This document shows positions 50,205 to 62,821 of a stretch of 64,000 nt of DNA, piece by piece. The translations under genes were made by a program, and so were the position numbers. The first letter of the stretch is position 1. Every line of letters starts with the position of its first letter. Below the pieces are notes generated by a model, which had not been told where the DNA came from, did not search any database, and saw only the letters and a program-made list of their open reading frames with translations. Source of the stretch: Antedon mediterranea (Eukaryota > Animalia > Echinodermata). The stretch lies in contig NC_092678.1 of the NCBI RefSeq assembly GCF_964355755.1, positions 5,596,422 to 5,660,421 of the forward strand, written 5' to 3'.

Positions 50205-52903
50205 TTTAAAAGGTGAATGGCCCGTCGCTTTACTAGGAACTTCTCTGTATGCAAACAGAAAGGGGGGTATATGTAGTTATCCCAATTTTTTCTTTGCTTA
50301 ACTGTAAGTGTCCTTATCATATTTTTCAATGTACCGTGAAATCTTTCAACAAGCCCATTGCTTTGGGGGTGGTACACTGTAGTCTTTAATTGATTAATCC
50401 CCAACATACTACATATAGATTGCATAATTGAAGACATGAAATTAGTTCCTTGATCATGTACAATCTCTTCGGGTAATCCTACTCTAGTAAAGACTTCTAT
50501 TAGAGCCCTGGCTACTGTTTCAGCTCTAACATTGGGTAACGGGATAGCATCCGGATATCTCGTAGCATAGTCAATTATAGTAAGCATATATTTGTTATTA
50601 CGGCTTGTTCTAGATAAGGGTCCAACAATGTCTATCGCTATACGTTTAAATGGTGTACTTATAATCGGTAATGGTATCAAAGTATGTTTCCTTTTACTTT
50701 TACCATTATCTACCTTTTGGCATTCCTTACAGACTTTACAATAGACTACCACATCTTTAAATATACCTGGCCAATAGAATTGGTTCAGGACCCTACTTTT
50801 AGTTTTCTCAACACCCATGTGACCTGCAAATGGCACATTATGACCTAAGTGTAATACACCCTGTCTACACTGAGTGGGTAATACAATCTGTTCCACTTGG
50901 TTATTCTTATCTTTAATACTACTCCAATTTCTCATCAATATACCTTGTCTCATAAAGAAACATACCCTATGCTGACCTATTTCTTCTATAGGGACTACCC
51001 TGTCAAACACTCCTTTGAGTGAGTCATCCTTAGTTTGCAATTTGATCAGTTCTTGTTTAGTTAGGTTCAGCTTGTGCTGTTGTTCATAAGTTTTATGTTT
51101 GACTGTTTTATCTTTAGCTTTATCCTCATTTTCATCAAACAAATTATTCATTTCTGTTCCATTCATATCTTCTAAACACTTAGTTTTATTTACTTTGTTG
51201 TCATTTACTACTGTTTTCAACAATTGTAAATTAGTTTCTTTAGGCGGCTCTTCTATCGGCTTAAAGTTACTGTCTTTCCATAACAATATCATTTCGTCTT
51301 GTATTCTAACATCATTTTCTATTCTGGCTTGCTCCCTAGTTAGGACGAACATTTCTTTAGCCATTGTTTCCCCACAATTCTGGTCCAAATCATGACCCAA
51401 TAACATGTCCCTCTGTAATCCTTCGATTACGGCTACAATCACTTTTCCTGTCACTATCTTACTTTCTATAGCTACCTCAGCTAAGGGGACGGTAATATCG
51501 CCTCCTATACCTCTTAACGTAACCCATTTTTCTGGCAAGTAACATTTGTTAGGCACTAGACTTTCCTTAACAGCTGACTGGGTACATCCCGAGTCTCTAA
51601 GCATAGTTATATCCTGTCCTTCTAATTTTCCTGTTATTGTACATTTCTCCATTTTATTTTCTACACTATCTATAACTACTTGGGGTCTATCTGATTTTAG
51701 TCCTTCACATCTTAAGCCATCTTTCACATTCGGGCCCTTCTTAGTGTCACTAGTCTTTCCTTTTGCTACCATCTTAGGACAATCCCCTATTTTATGTCCC
51801 TTCTCCTTACAATTAAAGCATAGGCCATTAATCCATTCATTTGAAGGTTCTCTCTGTTGGAAATTTTTACCATAGTTATGGAATTTGCCTCCCCTTCCGC
51901 AATACTTATTGTATCCTTGCTGCCTAGCTCCAGGGTTATTCTGAGTCGTACTATTCTTAGGTTTACTATTTTCTTGGCCCTTATAATACGTAGGCTTATT
52001 TTCAGAATTTACGGCATTCCAATAGCCACGGCCACCTCTATTAGCTATATAATTATCGGCTATCATAGCCATATCATAGCTCTTATTTACTTGTTTATCT
52101 CTAAGATAAAGCCTCAGATCTTCAGGCATTTTATCAAGTGCCTGTTCCATTATAATCATTTCAATAATGCCTGCAGCATCATCTTCTTTTACATTAGCAC
52201 ATTTCATCCAACATTTTAAATAATGGGAGAGCTCATTCAGCCATTCCCTGATGGACATATCTTTAACTCTGTTTGAATTTCTAAATTTAAATCTGTAGGT
52301 CTCTGCGGACACATCATACTTTTCTAAGATTGCCTTCTTTAAGGTATCATAATCTACACATTCTTTTACGGTTAAGGATGCATATGCTGTCCTAGCTTTA
52401 CCAGACAGTTCAGGTGCTAACCTAGCGGACCACGTATTCTTATCCCAACCTGTGGCTTCTGCCAAGTGTTCAAATGTTCTAAAATATATATCAATATCAT
52501 CTGATTCCTTCAAAGTAGGAACCTTTACCTTCATTTCATCTACTATATTCCTAGCATTACTGTAGCTAGACCTATTTTCTAATTCCATCATTTTCACTCT
52601 TTCTTGTGATTCAATTTTTCTTAGCTCTATATCTATTTTCTTTTGCTCTATATCTGCTTTTAATTGGTCTTGTTGGTATTGTAATTCTAACTTTTTGTTT
52701 TCGGCCTCGAACTTCATTCAAAAATATTCGAGCATCATATCTTTAGGCATACCGCCGGGTATTTCGGGCAAATCAATATCCCTAGCCATTTTATCATATA
52801 TTTCATTGACTTGGTCAACCTCTTCTTGGTCAACCATATCTTCCCTAGTATCTTTGTCTGACATAGTCTTATCTATATTTTTACCCGATCTTAAAGTTGT
52901 CAT
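50183..52903 (-). CDS. Gag-protease-integrase (element 2); premature stop at about 52718 and frameshift at about 50270
   Basis: SCAN-like gag, CCHC, LRDSGC, HHCC, D-D-E (IDIVG, HDQG, ERFHG); CGA>TGA relative to element 1. Confidence 0.92.
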
Positions 52904-54654
52904 GCTAATAACAATTTTACTAATGAAATATGTAAACTTATGTATACAAAATATGTTATAAAAGTATTTGTATTACCTTGATTCCATTCAGATATGTAAA
53001 AAATATGCAATCCACATAAATTTTTAAATGCAATACAATCTAAGACATTAATTTACTTCAAAGTCACAAACAACGTTCCAAGTTCGCTCCGTACAAAAAT
53101 TTACTTTCGAAATAAAAAATAGTTTACAAAGTCAGCTTTGCAAATCTTCTCCAAATTTACTGGGCTTCCTTCTGTTACTTCAGTCTTCTTCTTTCAGACC
53201 TCGGTGAATATATACAGTATCTCCGATGAATATCCAGCAGCCTTGAGCTCAACAGTACTTCTTCTTCGTTGTAATATCCAAACAACGCACGGTATAAAAA
53301 CTGTCAGGAATCCAGATCTTCGTAAACATTTAACTTTTTGGTTACTGATTTAACAGGCCCGTAGAGTAGGCACTGTCACTTCTTCTTCTTCTTCTTGATA
53401 CTTAAATCATGTAAACAAAAATTTTCACCGCTGCCACCATGTAGTGAATTTATCTTTTAGTTGGTTCCGAGCTTTCTCAGGCGTATATATATAACTCCAC
53501 GCGACGTACACTGGCACTGAATGATAACTTATACAAAAAGTATATTTAACTCTAACTAGAACTTTTATTCCTTGTAACTCGATTAATACATCTTTCTACC
53601 ACTACCAGTCAAGCCTTAATATATTCTTTATCATCTTTCCGTTTATCTACTCTGATCTTATTCTCTCTTCTCTTCCAATATCTATTACATTCCACTTTTA
53701 TACTGGACATGCAAATTTTAGGCTTCAGAGGAGGATAACATTTTCCCTCCAAAATGTATACGATTTTGATTGGCTAATAATATAAGGCGGACCTGGTCTA
53801 AAGCATCCTTCTCTAAACACAGAGAATCACAACATCAATAATATGACAGCTTCCTTTTAGTCTTATAACAAATTGAATATACATTTTATTGTTATTCGAT
53901 ACTGAAATTTGATTAGTTTATATGTTGTAATTAATTGTGTTTTTGTTTCTTTTATTGGTGCATGTGAAGTGCTTATGTGTTCTTGGTTTTAATGGTTCTT
54001 CCATGTTGTTGAAGCAAATGCATATGTCAAAGGTCAAATGCCTAGCATTTAACATTTTGTGAGATATTTTCCCATATCAACATAAAATCAAATGCCAGAT
54101 GCTATTAGTTATTTATTTTATTTCATAAACTTCCTGAAGAACAAGCAAAATTAAACATTACAAAATGATAAAATACTTATTAGATAATAATAGAAAAATA
54201 TTCTACAGATTCCATGATAAAAAAAAAAGATTTAAAAATATGATTTTAACAAACAGTAATTTAAATTGAAAATGAAGTTTAATAAACGAGGAATTGACTT
54301 ACATTTGTATAGAATTTAACCAATGCTGCCACCTATTTATTATTATTTAAACTGGCTATTATTTCAAAAATTTATTTTCTTTTTTTTTCAATTCAATAGA
54401 AATTTATTTACAAAATCTGAATACATACAGTAGGAAAACAAGAAACAGGATTGTACAGAATTATAAAGTATATCAGAAAATGAAGGCAAAAGCCCTGAAA
54501 GATGTTTTTAACATCTTGTGTTGGGCGAGCCTTAACACAAATAAAAAAGAAAAGAAATGCATTGAAGAAAATCATAATAAATTTCATAACCTAAAATATG
54601 AATAACAGAAAAAAAAAATCTGTTGGTACAGCAGATCAATTAATAAATATTTAA

Positions 54655-55280
54655 AGCCCCATTCCCTACGTTTTTTAGATCTATTTTAAGATCACAAACT
54701 ATATTTAATGTAAAAATAATACTATATGGTCCTATTGCGATAACTTTTTTCGTCTTTAAACGGTTAAAAAAGTGAAAAATAAATTGATTCTAATAATTAT
54801 AGAGGCTTGCTATAAATCCCAAAATGCATTGCGCGCGGATTGATATTTTTGTTTTTCACCTGTAATTCGCCCACTTTTCGATCGATCGTGAAGCCAAAAC
54901 AAATGGAAGACTCCTAACTTTTCAGCGAAAATACCGGGTTTTCCCCAATTTGTATCAACGGAGTCTGGCAAAAATAGAAAGACAATTAATGCAGCAACTA
55001 TACAACGTCAGGCTAGGTATATAGCTAGCGTACGATGTTCGTACGTTATCGATGTTTACCAGCTAGGCCTACAAAACTAAGCCTAGCTAGGCTAGGCCTA
55101 AGACCGTCCACGAGAGGTCGATCGCCGCGAGCTACTTAGGTAGTGCATTGTTTCTCACTTTTTATCATAATTTACCATAAAACGTACATTTAAGACAAGG
55201 AATGACATGGTTTAATGTTTTTAAAGTGATATATATGTATTATTTTCCAAAAAACGTCCAAAATTGCAGGGAAGGGGTCT
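54655..55280. mobile_element. TTAA-flanked non-autonomous DNA transposon (Kolobok-like)
   Basis: ttaa|agccccattccct ... agggaaggggtct|ttaa; CpG-rich interior. Confidence 0.55.
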
Positions 55281-55484
55281 TTAATAAGTAGAAAAGGTGT
55301 ATTTTTTTAATTTTGTGATTTTGTTCTACCATTCGTATCAAACAATACATATTAAAATTTAGCACTAATAAATTGTTATGTTTTATTTATTTCCATTTGA
55401 TTACAATTCAATGTTCAATTCAATTAAAAAACTGTATTATCCCCATTGGGAAACTCTGTTGGCCTTTTCAAAATACAGTACATA

Positions 55485-55702
55485 CATCTTCATGACCTCT
55501 TTGAATGTTTTTTATTTGAGGTTCAGGATTGGAACAAAAGCAGCATAGCATGCGCTTAAAACTGTTTCTTAATATAATGTTCTACCAATTGTATCATAAA
55601 TTAAAATTTACAGCACTTTTTATGTTTAGTGTCTAGTTTATTACACTCTATGTTCATCTTCATGACTTCGTTGAATGTTTCTTATTTTAGGTTCAGGATT
55701 GG
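55485..55702 (-). pseudogene. Two GPCR C-terminal fragments (55485-55572 and 55639-55702)
   Basis: Encode LRNSFKRMLCCFCSNPEPQIKNIQRGHED and NPEPKIRNIQRSHEDEHRV*. Confidence 0.8.
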
Positions 55703-56737
55703 TAATGGATCATTGTTTGATGTAAACATAAATTTATTTGTCTAATCTAATTAAGAAACCGAATAATGGTGTTCGTCTTCGTAAATTAGAATGTCAAGTT
55801 TAATCTACTTTTAAAGTTTTTCCCATTTGTGATTTGTGTCACAAAACAAATAAAGCAATATGATAACAATAATTGAGCTATTCATAGAACCACCCAGATG
55901 ATAGAAATGACTAAAAGTAATAACAAAAACATGACATAGATTCATTTTACTTTTTACATAAACTTCCTGGAAACTTCCTTGTTTGTACAGATATATTTTA
56001 ATTAATAAAGATATCAAGATATATAAACAATATAAAAGGTGATAATAATAATAATTTACAAACAAATATCAATGTGTATCACATTTTCTATGATCTAAAC
56101 AGTTATTCTTGATAATCATATTACACCGGAAAAAAAAAATCATCATGAGATATACCTAATAAAATACATCAGCATTTATGAAATTGTAAAGTATTATTAA
56201 TAAATATTCAGAAAAAGAAAATGATAAAAGTTTAATATTAATGTAGTGAACCTGCAAAGCATAGAATATATAATATAAATATATTCTAAAAGATTCAAAG
56301 TTGCATAGAAAATGGACAGAACTTTTGTATATTTAATCTAATGTATACTTTTACGTGTGTTAACTAGTATCAGTAAAGCCATTATATGTGTTGTTTTTGT
56401 AAACTTTATGTGTTTCATATGGACAGTTTGTCTGAAATAAAGTTGAATTGAATTGAATTGAATTGAATTGAATAAACAAATCTTAACTACAGCCCTTAAC
56501 TATATTAACAACTGTAATATATGCCATTTATGTACAACATTTATTATTTTTTTTAATTCAATCTCAAATGCAGAGGAAACCTGTAATAAAAATGTACAGT
56601 CCAACTATGAATTTTTAGTATAAAGTAAAAGTATTTAAAATAGAAAGCATATTTCAATTAATTTTTTATTTCTTTTTAGGCACTCATTTTGTCCATTTAA
56701 TTACTTTATTGTCCAATATATTTATTATTATTATTTA

Positions 56738-57671
56738 TTATCTTTGTTCTTCTTCATGAACTAATTCAATGGTTCTTATTTGAGGTTCACTGGAAGCAAA
56801 GCAGCATAGCATGCGCTTAAATCCGTTTCTTAACTCCACCATACGCCACCAATATACAATGGGATTTAAAGCAGAATTCATCATCAGAAACGGTAAGAAA
56901 ACTTGGTAAAACATCTCTGCGAACGAGTCACAAAGATTTGTCGTAAGCATGCATATCGATAGTACCTGGTTTGGTATCATACAGATGAACAATGAAAAAA
57001 GTAGAATACTAAATGTGATAAAAACTGATCGTAATCTGGCCTGTCTAGCAGATCTAGCAGTAGCTGATGCGAGTTGGTTAGTTTTATGTTTTAAGATAAT
57101 GTACATAAAAATATAAACAAATCCAATAATGATGGTCAAAATAAAACTGAAAATGCACACAGAAATGAATGAGAAAGTGATAACAGAAAAAATGAAGAAA
57201 AAGATTACTAAACATATTGTTAAAATCCATATAAAAGTACATACTATTGACAATTTCTTTTTTGTAACAAAGTTTTGGTATTTTATTGGAGCAGCAATAG
57301 CTATAAAACGTTCAATACTCACAATAAGAACAAATGATAGTGAACAATTCATCATTAATATCCCCAGAAGTACAATTGTAGCATCTACATTATAATACAA
57401 TGATATAAAAATTAAAGTAAAGACAACTTAATATATCAGCAACAGCCAAGTTAACAAGCAAAACATTTGATTTCTTTCTTAGTTGATGATTGCAGCAGAC
57501 AACCAAAATAACAAACAGGTTTTCCAATATTCCTGCCACCATAATGATACAGGTGAACAAAGTACTGATTTGACTTATTTCCATTTCCCAAAAATCATAA
57601 AACTTTTCATTGATATGATTGTTTGAATAATCCACGTAATTGAAATCTGTTAAATTCCAAAGAACTTGCAT
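56738..57671 (-). pseudogene. Class A GPCR, cluster copy 5, one frameshift
   Basis: ORFs 57390-57701 and 56738-57400 join if 2 nt are restored at about 57420 (SCLVTL in paralogs). Confidence 0.85.
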
Positions 57672-58634
57672 ATCTGTAAGAAAATGTATAATTTTTAACA
57701 AAATAACAATACGTACATACTAGAATTGGTTAATAATTATTATTAATTATTATTAATAATGAATAAGTTACACTAGGAAAGATATCGATGTAAATTCTCA
57801 AAATTAGTTAAAAATTAAGACTTTGTAAAACTGAATATTACAAGTACTATATGCCCATACCCATGATGAGTTGGTTGATCCAGATGTTGATAAATATTCT
57901 TCAGGGATGTGTTATAGAACTTAAATGCATATAATGAAACTTTTTCATCAATGCTCTTTGGTATGATGGACAAACTTAATGTGTTTCCGTTTACTGGTAA
58001 CAACAAAATCGGACTATGTATAGGTCATTTTAATATTTTATCATTTCTACAATTACCGCCAATAATAATTTTATTGATGACGAGAAACTCTACCATAGAA
58101 AATGTGTACCAGCAAGTATGACATTATTGAAACATAATTTTAATCTTGTAAGGAAAAGAGCAGGCCTTGTCTTTTAAAGCGAGCGAGTGCGATCACTCAA
58201 CTAACACACTCCTAAACTGCCCTTGATTTACAACATGCTTAAATTTGGTAAACTTTTACACACCAAAATACAAACAGCACACCTACAGAAGCCCTGCATG
58301 TATTGAGGAGTGCAATTTGTAGCATTTTCAAAAGAAAGCCTGAAAGAGGGGATAGTTAAACCATAACATTTCACAAGAAGTGATAAAATACAGTAAAAAT
58401 TGTATCAAAATGCATGGTAAATTTTATATGTCAATCAATGATTCCTACTACAAATAGGAATGTGTTGTAATACAATATTGTATATATTGTAATATAGTGT
58501 TAGTTGTTGAGGTACTAATGAAAGACTCTTACTCGCTTAACTGTCGTAACACATATATTGTTTATTCAGTATAATACTTCAGTACAATATACAACTATAA
58601 GTATAGATAAGGAACGGAGGATCAATGATGCTGT

Positions 58635-58746
58635 CAGTGAGGTGTGAAGTGTGTAGGTCTGCTTCTGAAGAAGTGGCTGTGAGGTGTGGATGTTCTTCTG
58701 AAGAAGTGGCTGTGAGGTGTGGATGTTCTTCTGAAGAAGTGGCTGC
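58635..58746. repeat. 33-bp tandem repeat, about 3 copies
   Basis: ttctgaagaagtggctgtgaggtgtggatgttc. Confidence 0.85.
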
Positions 58747-58769
58747 GTTGCTTGTGTTGTTCACTTGCT

Positions 58770-61700
58770 GTGCATACACCGCTCAGGAAGGCCCCAATTT
58801 ATCCAGTCATTCTCCTGGATTGTCAACAGGCTTAATCTTTTGATTGAGAGCCTTTTTGCCTTCCTTCTAACGCAGGAACAATTCGAGCATTACGTGTCGG
58901 CACCTCAGATCCTGACACTTTTCAGGGTATGTCTCCTTGCCGTCTGTCACAGCCAATAAGAAACATTCTGTGCGAGTGCCAACCTTAGGTTACCCTAGGT
59001 CGAGATTGCACTTCTGCATTTACCTTTTGAGTAATGCAGGTACTCACAGTGTTGAGCTACTGGTATGCCTTTGATGCAACCACAATGATTTCACAGACAG
59101 CGCTACTAGTTGACGCACCTAGGTTCGCCCTAGTAGTGTATAGCTTGAAGGAGAACACATGGACCTACAAATCAAGGCTACTCTGCTTACTGTATGAGTT
59201 AAGCAGCAGCAGCAAGCCACCCTGTACACATGTACCCTGTTGGCTGCTGATGAGGTTGCTAGAAAAAGAGAGTGCAACCATTATAGCTTTTGGTCCCACG
59301 CCGATGGTGCCACTGTGCTCGCTCCCATGCCCGCCACCACAAGTCTGTCTAAAATTCAGACTTTTTCACGCCCACAATCTGTATCCTGCACGAGGCAGAA
59401 CAGACAGGGTTGCACGTTCAACACCAAGATTGCAAAGTAACAGAGATTGCAGGTACTGGTGACATGCTGGTGGAGTCTGTACCCTCGAAGGTCAGACAAA
59501 TGGGGGGTTCGCCTAAGATGGTTTGCCTGAGTGTGGGAGACCCCTGCTGGAGAGCAGGTGGTTTCTCTCCACAATTACACACAATTATTGCATTATGTTA
59601 ATTAACATTACGAGCCCCCTAGTAAGCGGGGAGCTCGCTCGACAAGGATACCGCCAGAGCCACAAAAGAGTTGTGTGCGTCTGCACGGTCTTTCTTTCCT
59701 GCCCAAAAAGGGGCAGTGGAACAAGTCGACATACAATGCGCTGTCTCAGGACACGAGTCTACCGTCTTCCTAACAGAAAAAAACGGGCGATGGCGACCCA
59801 TACTGAACCTTATGAGTCTAGCCTAGCGGTTCTTTCGGCCCCACAGGTTTAGGTGGAGACAGCCTCATCCATCCTGTTGGGGCTAAGACGAGAAGACTGG
59901 GCGGCCTTGATAGATCTGAAAGACGCATACTTTCACTTCCCTATCGCCGAGGCAGATCAACGCTGGTTGCGTTTCAGAATCCATGACCAACTTACCAATC
60001 CGTAGTTTTGCCGACCAACGGCCCTTGCGTGTTTACACGCATAGTAAGAATGCTATCGACATTCTTTTACTAACATGGCATAAGAGTGTTCATGTATCTC
60101 GACGATTGGTTGGTCGTGGCCCAGTCTAAGGACAGACTGATGAGCAGTCTACAATATGTCCTTATCGTTACGGAACAGGCAGGTTTCATTATAAATCGGG
60201 AAAAGTCGTGCCTGGTGCAGACTCAATCCCGCTATATCTCGGATCACAGATAAATCTCGTGACGGGCTTGGCGTGTCCATCCCAACAATGAATAACGTCT
60301 GCAATGAGTGCAGTACGCAATCTAATTACTGTTCGTGCTCCGATGGTTTACGAATGGCTCAGAGCACTAGGATGTCTGGCCAGCTTTGTCGCCTTAGTTC
60401 CGTATTGCCGGCTGTGTATGAGACCAGGACAGCTTTATCTGCTGGCTTATTACCGACCGCACTTAGACTCATTACTCAAAGTGGTCCGATGAATGCCTTC
60501 ATCCGAACGCATCTCAAATGGTGGCTGGTAGAAGGCAGGTTGACTGTGGGAATGCCAATTCAAAAATCATTGCCGGGCGTCCGTATAGAGACAGACGCAT
60601 CCAAGACAGGCTGGGGCGGTTGCTCCAAGGCACTCCGCGCCTCCGGCCTTTGGACGGTCGAGGAGGCGCGCTCCCACATCAACCTCCTAGAACTCTGTGC
60701 AGTCGAAAGGACCTTGAAGGCCCTTCGACCTCACGTGACTGGTCGTCACGTCCTTATCCATTCCGACAACTCATCAGGGGTAGCATATATAAATCGACGT
60801 TATGCTTTCACCTGTGGACTCTGATGTTGTGGTGCGTAGACAACAACATCACACTCTTGGCTGCCCACAATGCGGGCAGCCTCAACATTGTTGCGGACGC
60901 TCTGTCCTGACAAACACGGAATGGCGCCTTCTACCCAGCATTGCCACACTGATATTCGACCACTTCGGGCGGCCTCATATAGAAATGTTTGCGACGTCAG
61001 ACAACACACAGCTCCCGACCTTCTCCACAAGGTTTCGGGATGCACGTGCGTGGGCGGTGGATGCCCTATCCATACCGTGGGACGGACTATGGGTTTATGC
61101 GTTTCCACCGATCTCACTAATACCAACTGTTCTGACACACATTCAGCGCCATCCTTGCCGGGTCCTTCTGATCGCCCCGGGCTGGACTCGACAAGTGTGG
61201 TATCCACTGCTTCTCGACCGGCTCTACAATCATCCCCTGCGTCTTCCAGTTCGAGAGGATCTGCTGACGCAGGGCCGAGCTCTGTTCTCACTACAGAACC
61301 TACAATCCCTGCGCCTAACTGTATGGCCATTTTCAGGGATCAGCTCCGAGACTCAGGCATTCCAGATGGCCCTGCCGCCCTTGCGGCGAAATCTCGTCGG
61401 GAATCTACTCTTGCCGTCTACAATAGCCGATTAAAGCATTTCTTTACATGGTGCAGGCGCCAACAAATAGAACCAGGGTTGGTTACCCTTGGTCAAGTAT
61501 GCGCCTTCCTGCATTACCTATTTGAGTCAGGTCTTCAGGTCCGCACCATTTCAGGCTATAGGCTTGCCATTGGGGCGGTGACACCAACACTAAAAGACGG
61601 TTCCACGATTTCGTCATCCCCCGTTATCACTCAGATGATACGGGGAATGTTCAGAGAACGACCTCCAGTTAAGGTCTTGATTCCTCGATGGGATGTTAAC

Positions 61701-62345
61701 GTCGTCCTAGCCACTCTCTCACACACCCACCCTTATAGCCTGCTTATAATAGCATTTGGACCGCCGATGGCGCCAGGTAAATGCTGAGGCAAGTTGTTCG
61801 CTCTTACCTTAGAACCAAGTCAGAGGTAATTGTGGAGGGTGCAGCTAGTACTTAATGAAGTTTTCTGGCATGAGGGAAACTGCATCGAATCAGAGCCCCC
61901 GGTGAGCGAGGTGCTCTTTTGAAAAGGATACTGTCGGAGCCACTAAAGAGTTGTGGATTCCTGTACGGCCTCAAGGTCTTGCTTCAAGATCTTGCTTTAA
62001 AAAAAAAAAAAAAAATAAAGATATCGATGCACGGACTAGAGAAACCGAACGTTTCCAGTGCCGCTGTTGTGCACCATCTGTCCATAGAGGCATGATGGTG
62101 AACACATTATCTTGGACAGCTCTGCAAACCTTGCGCCTGTAGCCACATCAGTGATGGACACACAAAGCTCATTGGTAGCCTGTCTCCCACCGCCGACTAG
62201 TACCTAGTCCGGTGCTACACTGGCATTTGTCGGTTTATCCAGGTAAGCTAGGCACGTAATAGACTACACAAATCAGAAATGGTGTTGGTAGTCTATAAGT
62301 GCTAGCTTACCTGGATAAACACCCTCCCGCCATCCCCTCAGACAA
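58770..62345 (+). mobile_element. Decayed DIRS1-like tyrosine-recombinase retrotransposon (left boundary uncertain)
   Basis: RT: DWAALIDLKDAYFHFPI, FMYLDDWLV. RNase H: ETDASKTGWG, HINLLEL, HSDN. Methyltransferase-like: EMFAT...YAFPP...LIAPGW. YR N-terminus: STLAVY...PRWDVNVVL. Terminal hairpin at 62233-62320; multiple stops and frameshifts. Confidence 0.9.
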
Positions 62346-62821
62346 GAGGTCTTGAGAAATGATGATGGTGAATTGGAGGGATGTTCCCACTTGAGGTTTG
62401 TGGACTGTACCATTTAGAGAGAGGGGTGTTCAATGAATTTTCTACTTTTCGAGTATATTTCGCTCTTCGAGGAGAAATATGGCATATGGTATATTGGCTC
62501 AGTTCATTTGCATAATGTCATTACGTAATCTGTGAGGGTAACGATTGGTCCTAAGTTGGTCCAGGGGTGTTTAAGTGGGAATGATTGATCTTATCTGGGG
62601 AGGTTACAATGATGAATTGGCCCTGTCGAATCTCTGCTTAAAACTGTCAATATCTAATTGTTTTACGATGGGAACAGTCGCAAAATTAAGCTAAGTGTTT
62701 TCTTCAGGGATTCTATTATAAACTAAATGGTCATTAAAACATCTGGACAAACTCTCCTCTGGACTTTCTGGGTCAAGTTTGTGAACCTATTTGAATTCTG
62801 ATACAAAGGTCAATTTCTTAA

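Larger units (their letters stand above)
47760..53848 (-). mobile_element. Gmr1-like Ty3/Gypsy LTR retrotransposon, copy 2 (full length, 6089 bp)
   Basis: LTRs 47760-48167 and 53440-53848, nearly identical; 5-bp TSD GCTTC; PBS TGGTGGCAGCGGTG (tRNA-Leu 3' end); PPT; order gag-PR-IN-RT-RH. Confidence 0.97.

Noticed and set aside
50255-50285. Programmed frameshift between integrase and RT in LTR element 2
   Set aside because: The shift falls inside the integrase domain and is explained by a 2-nt TA insertion
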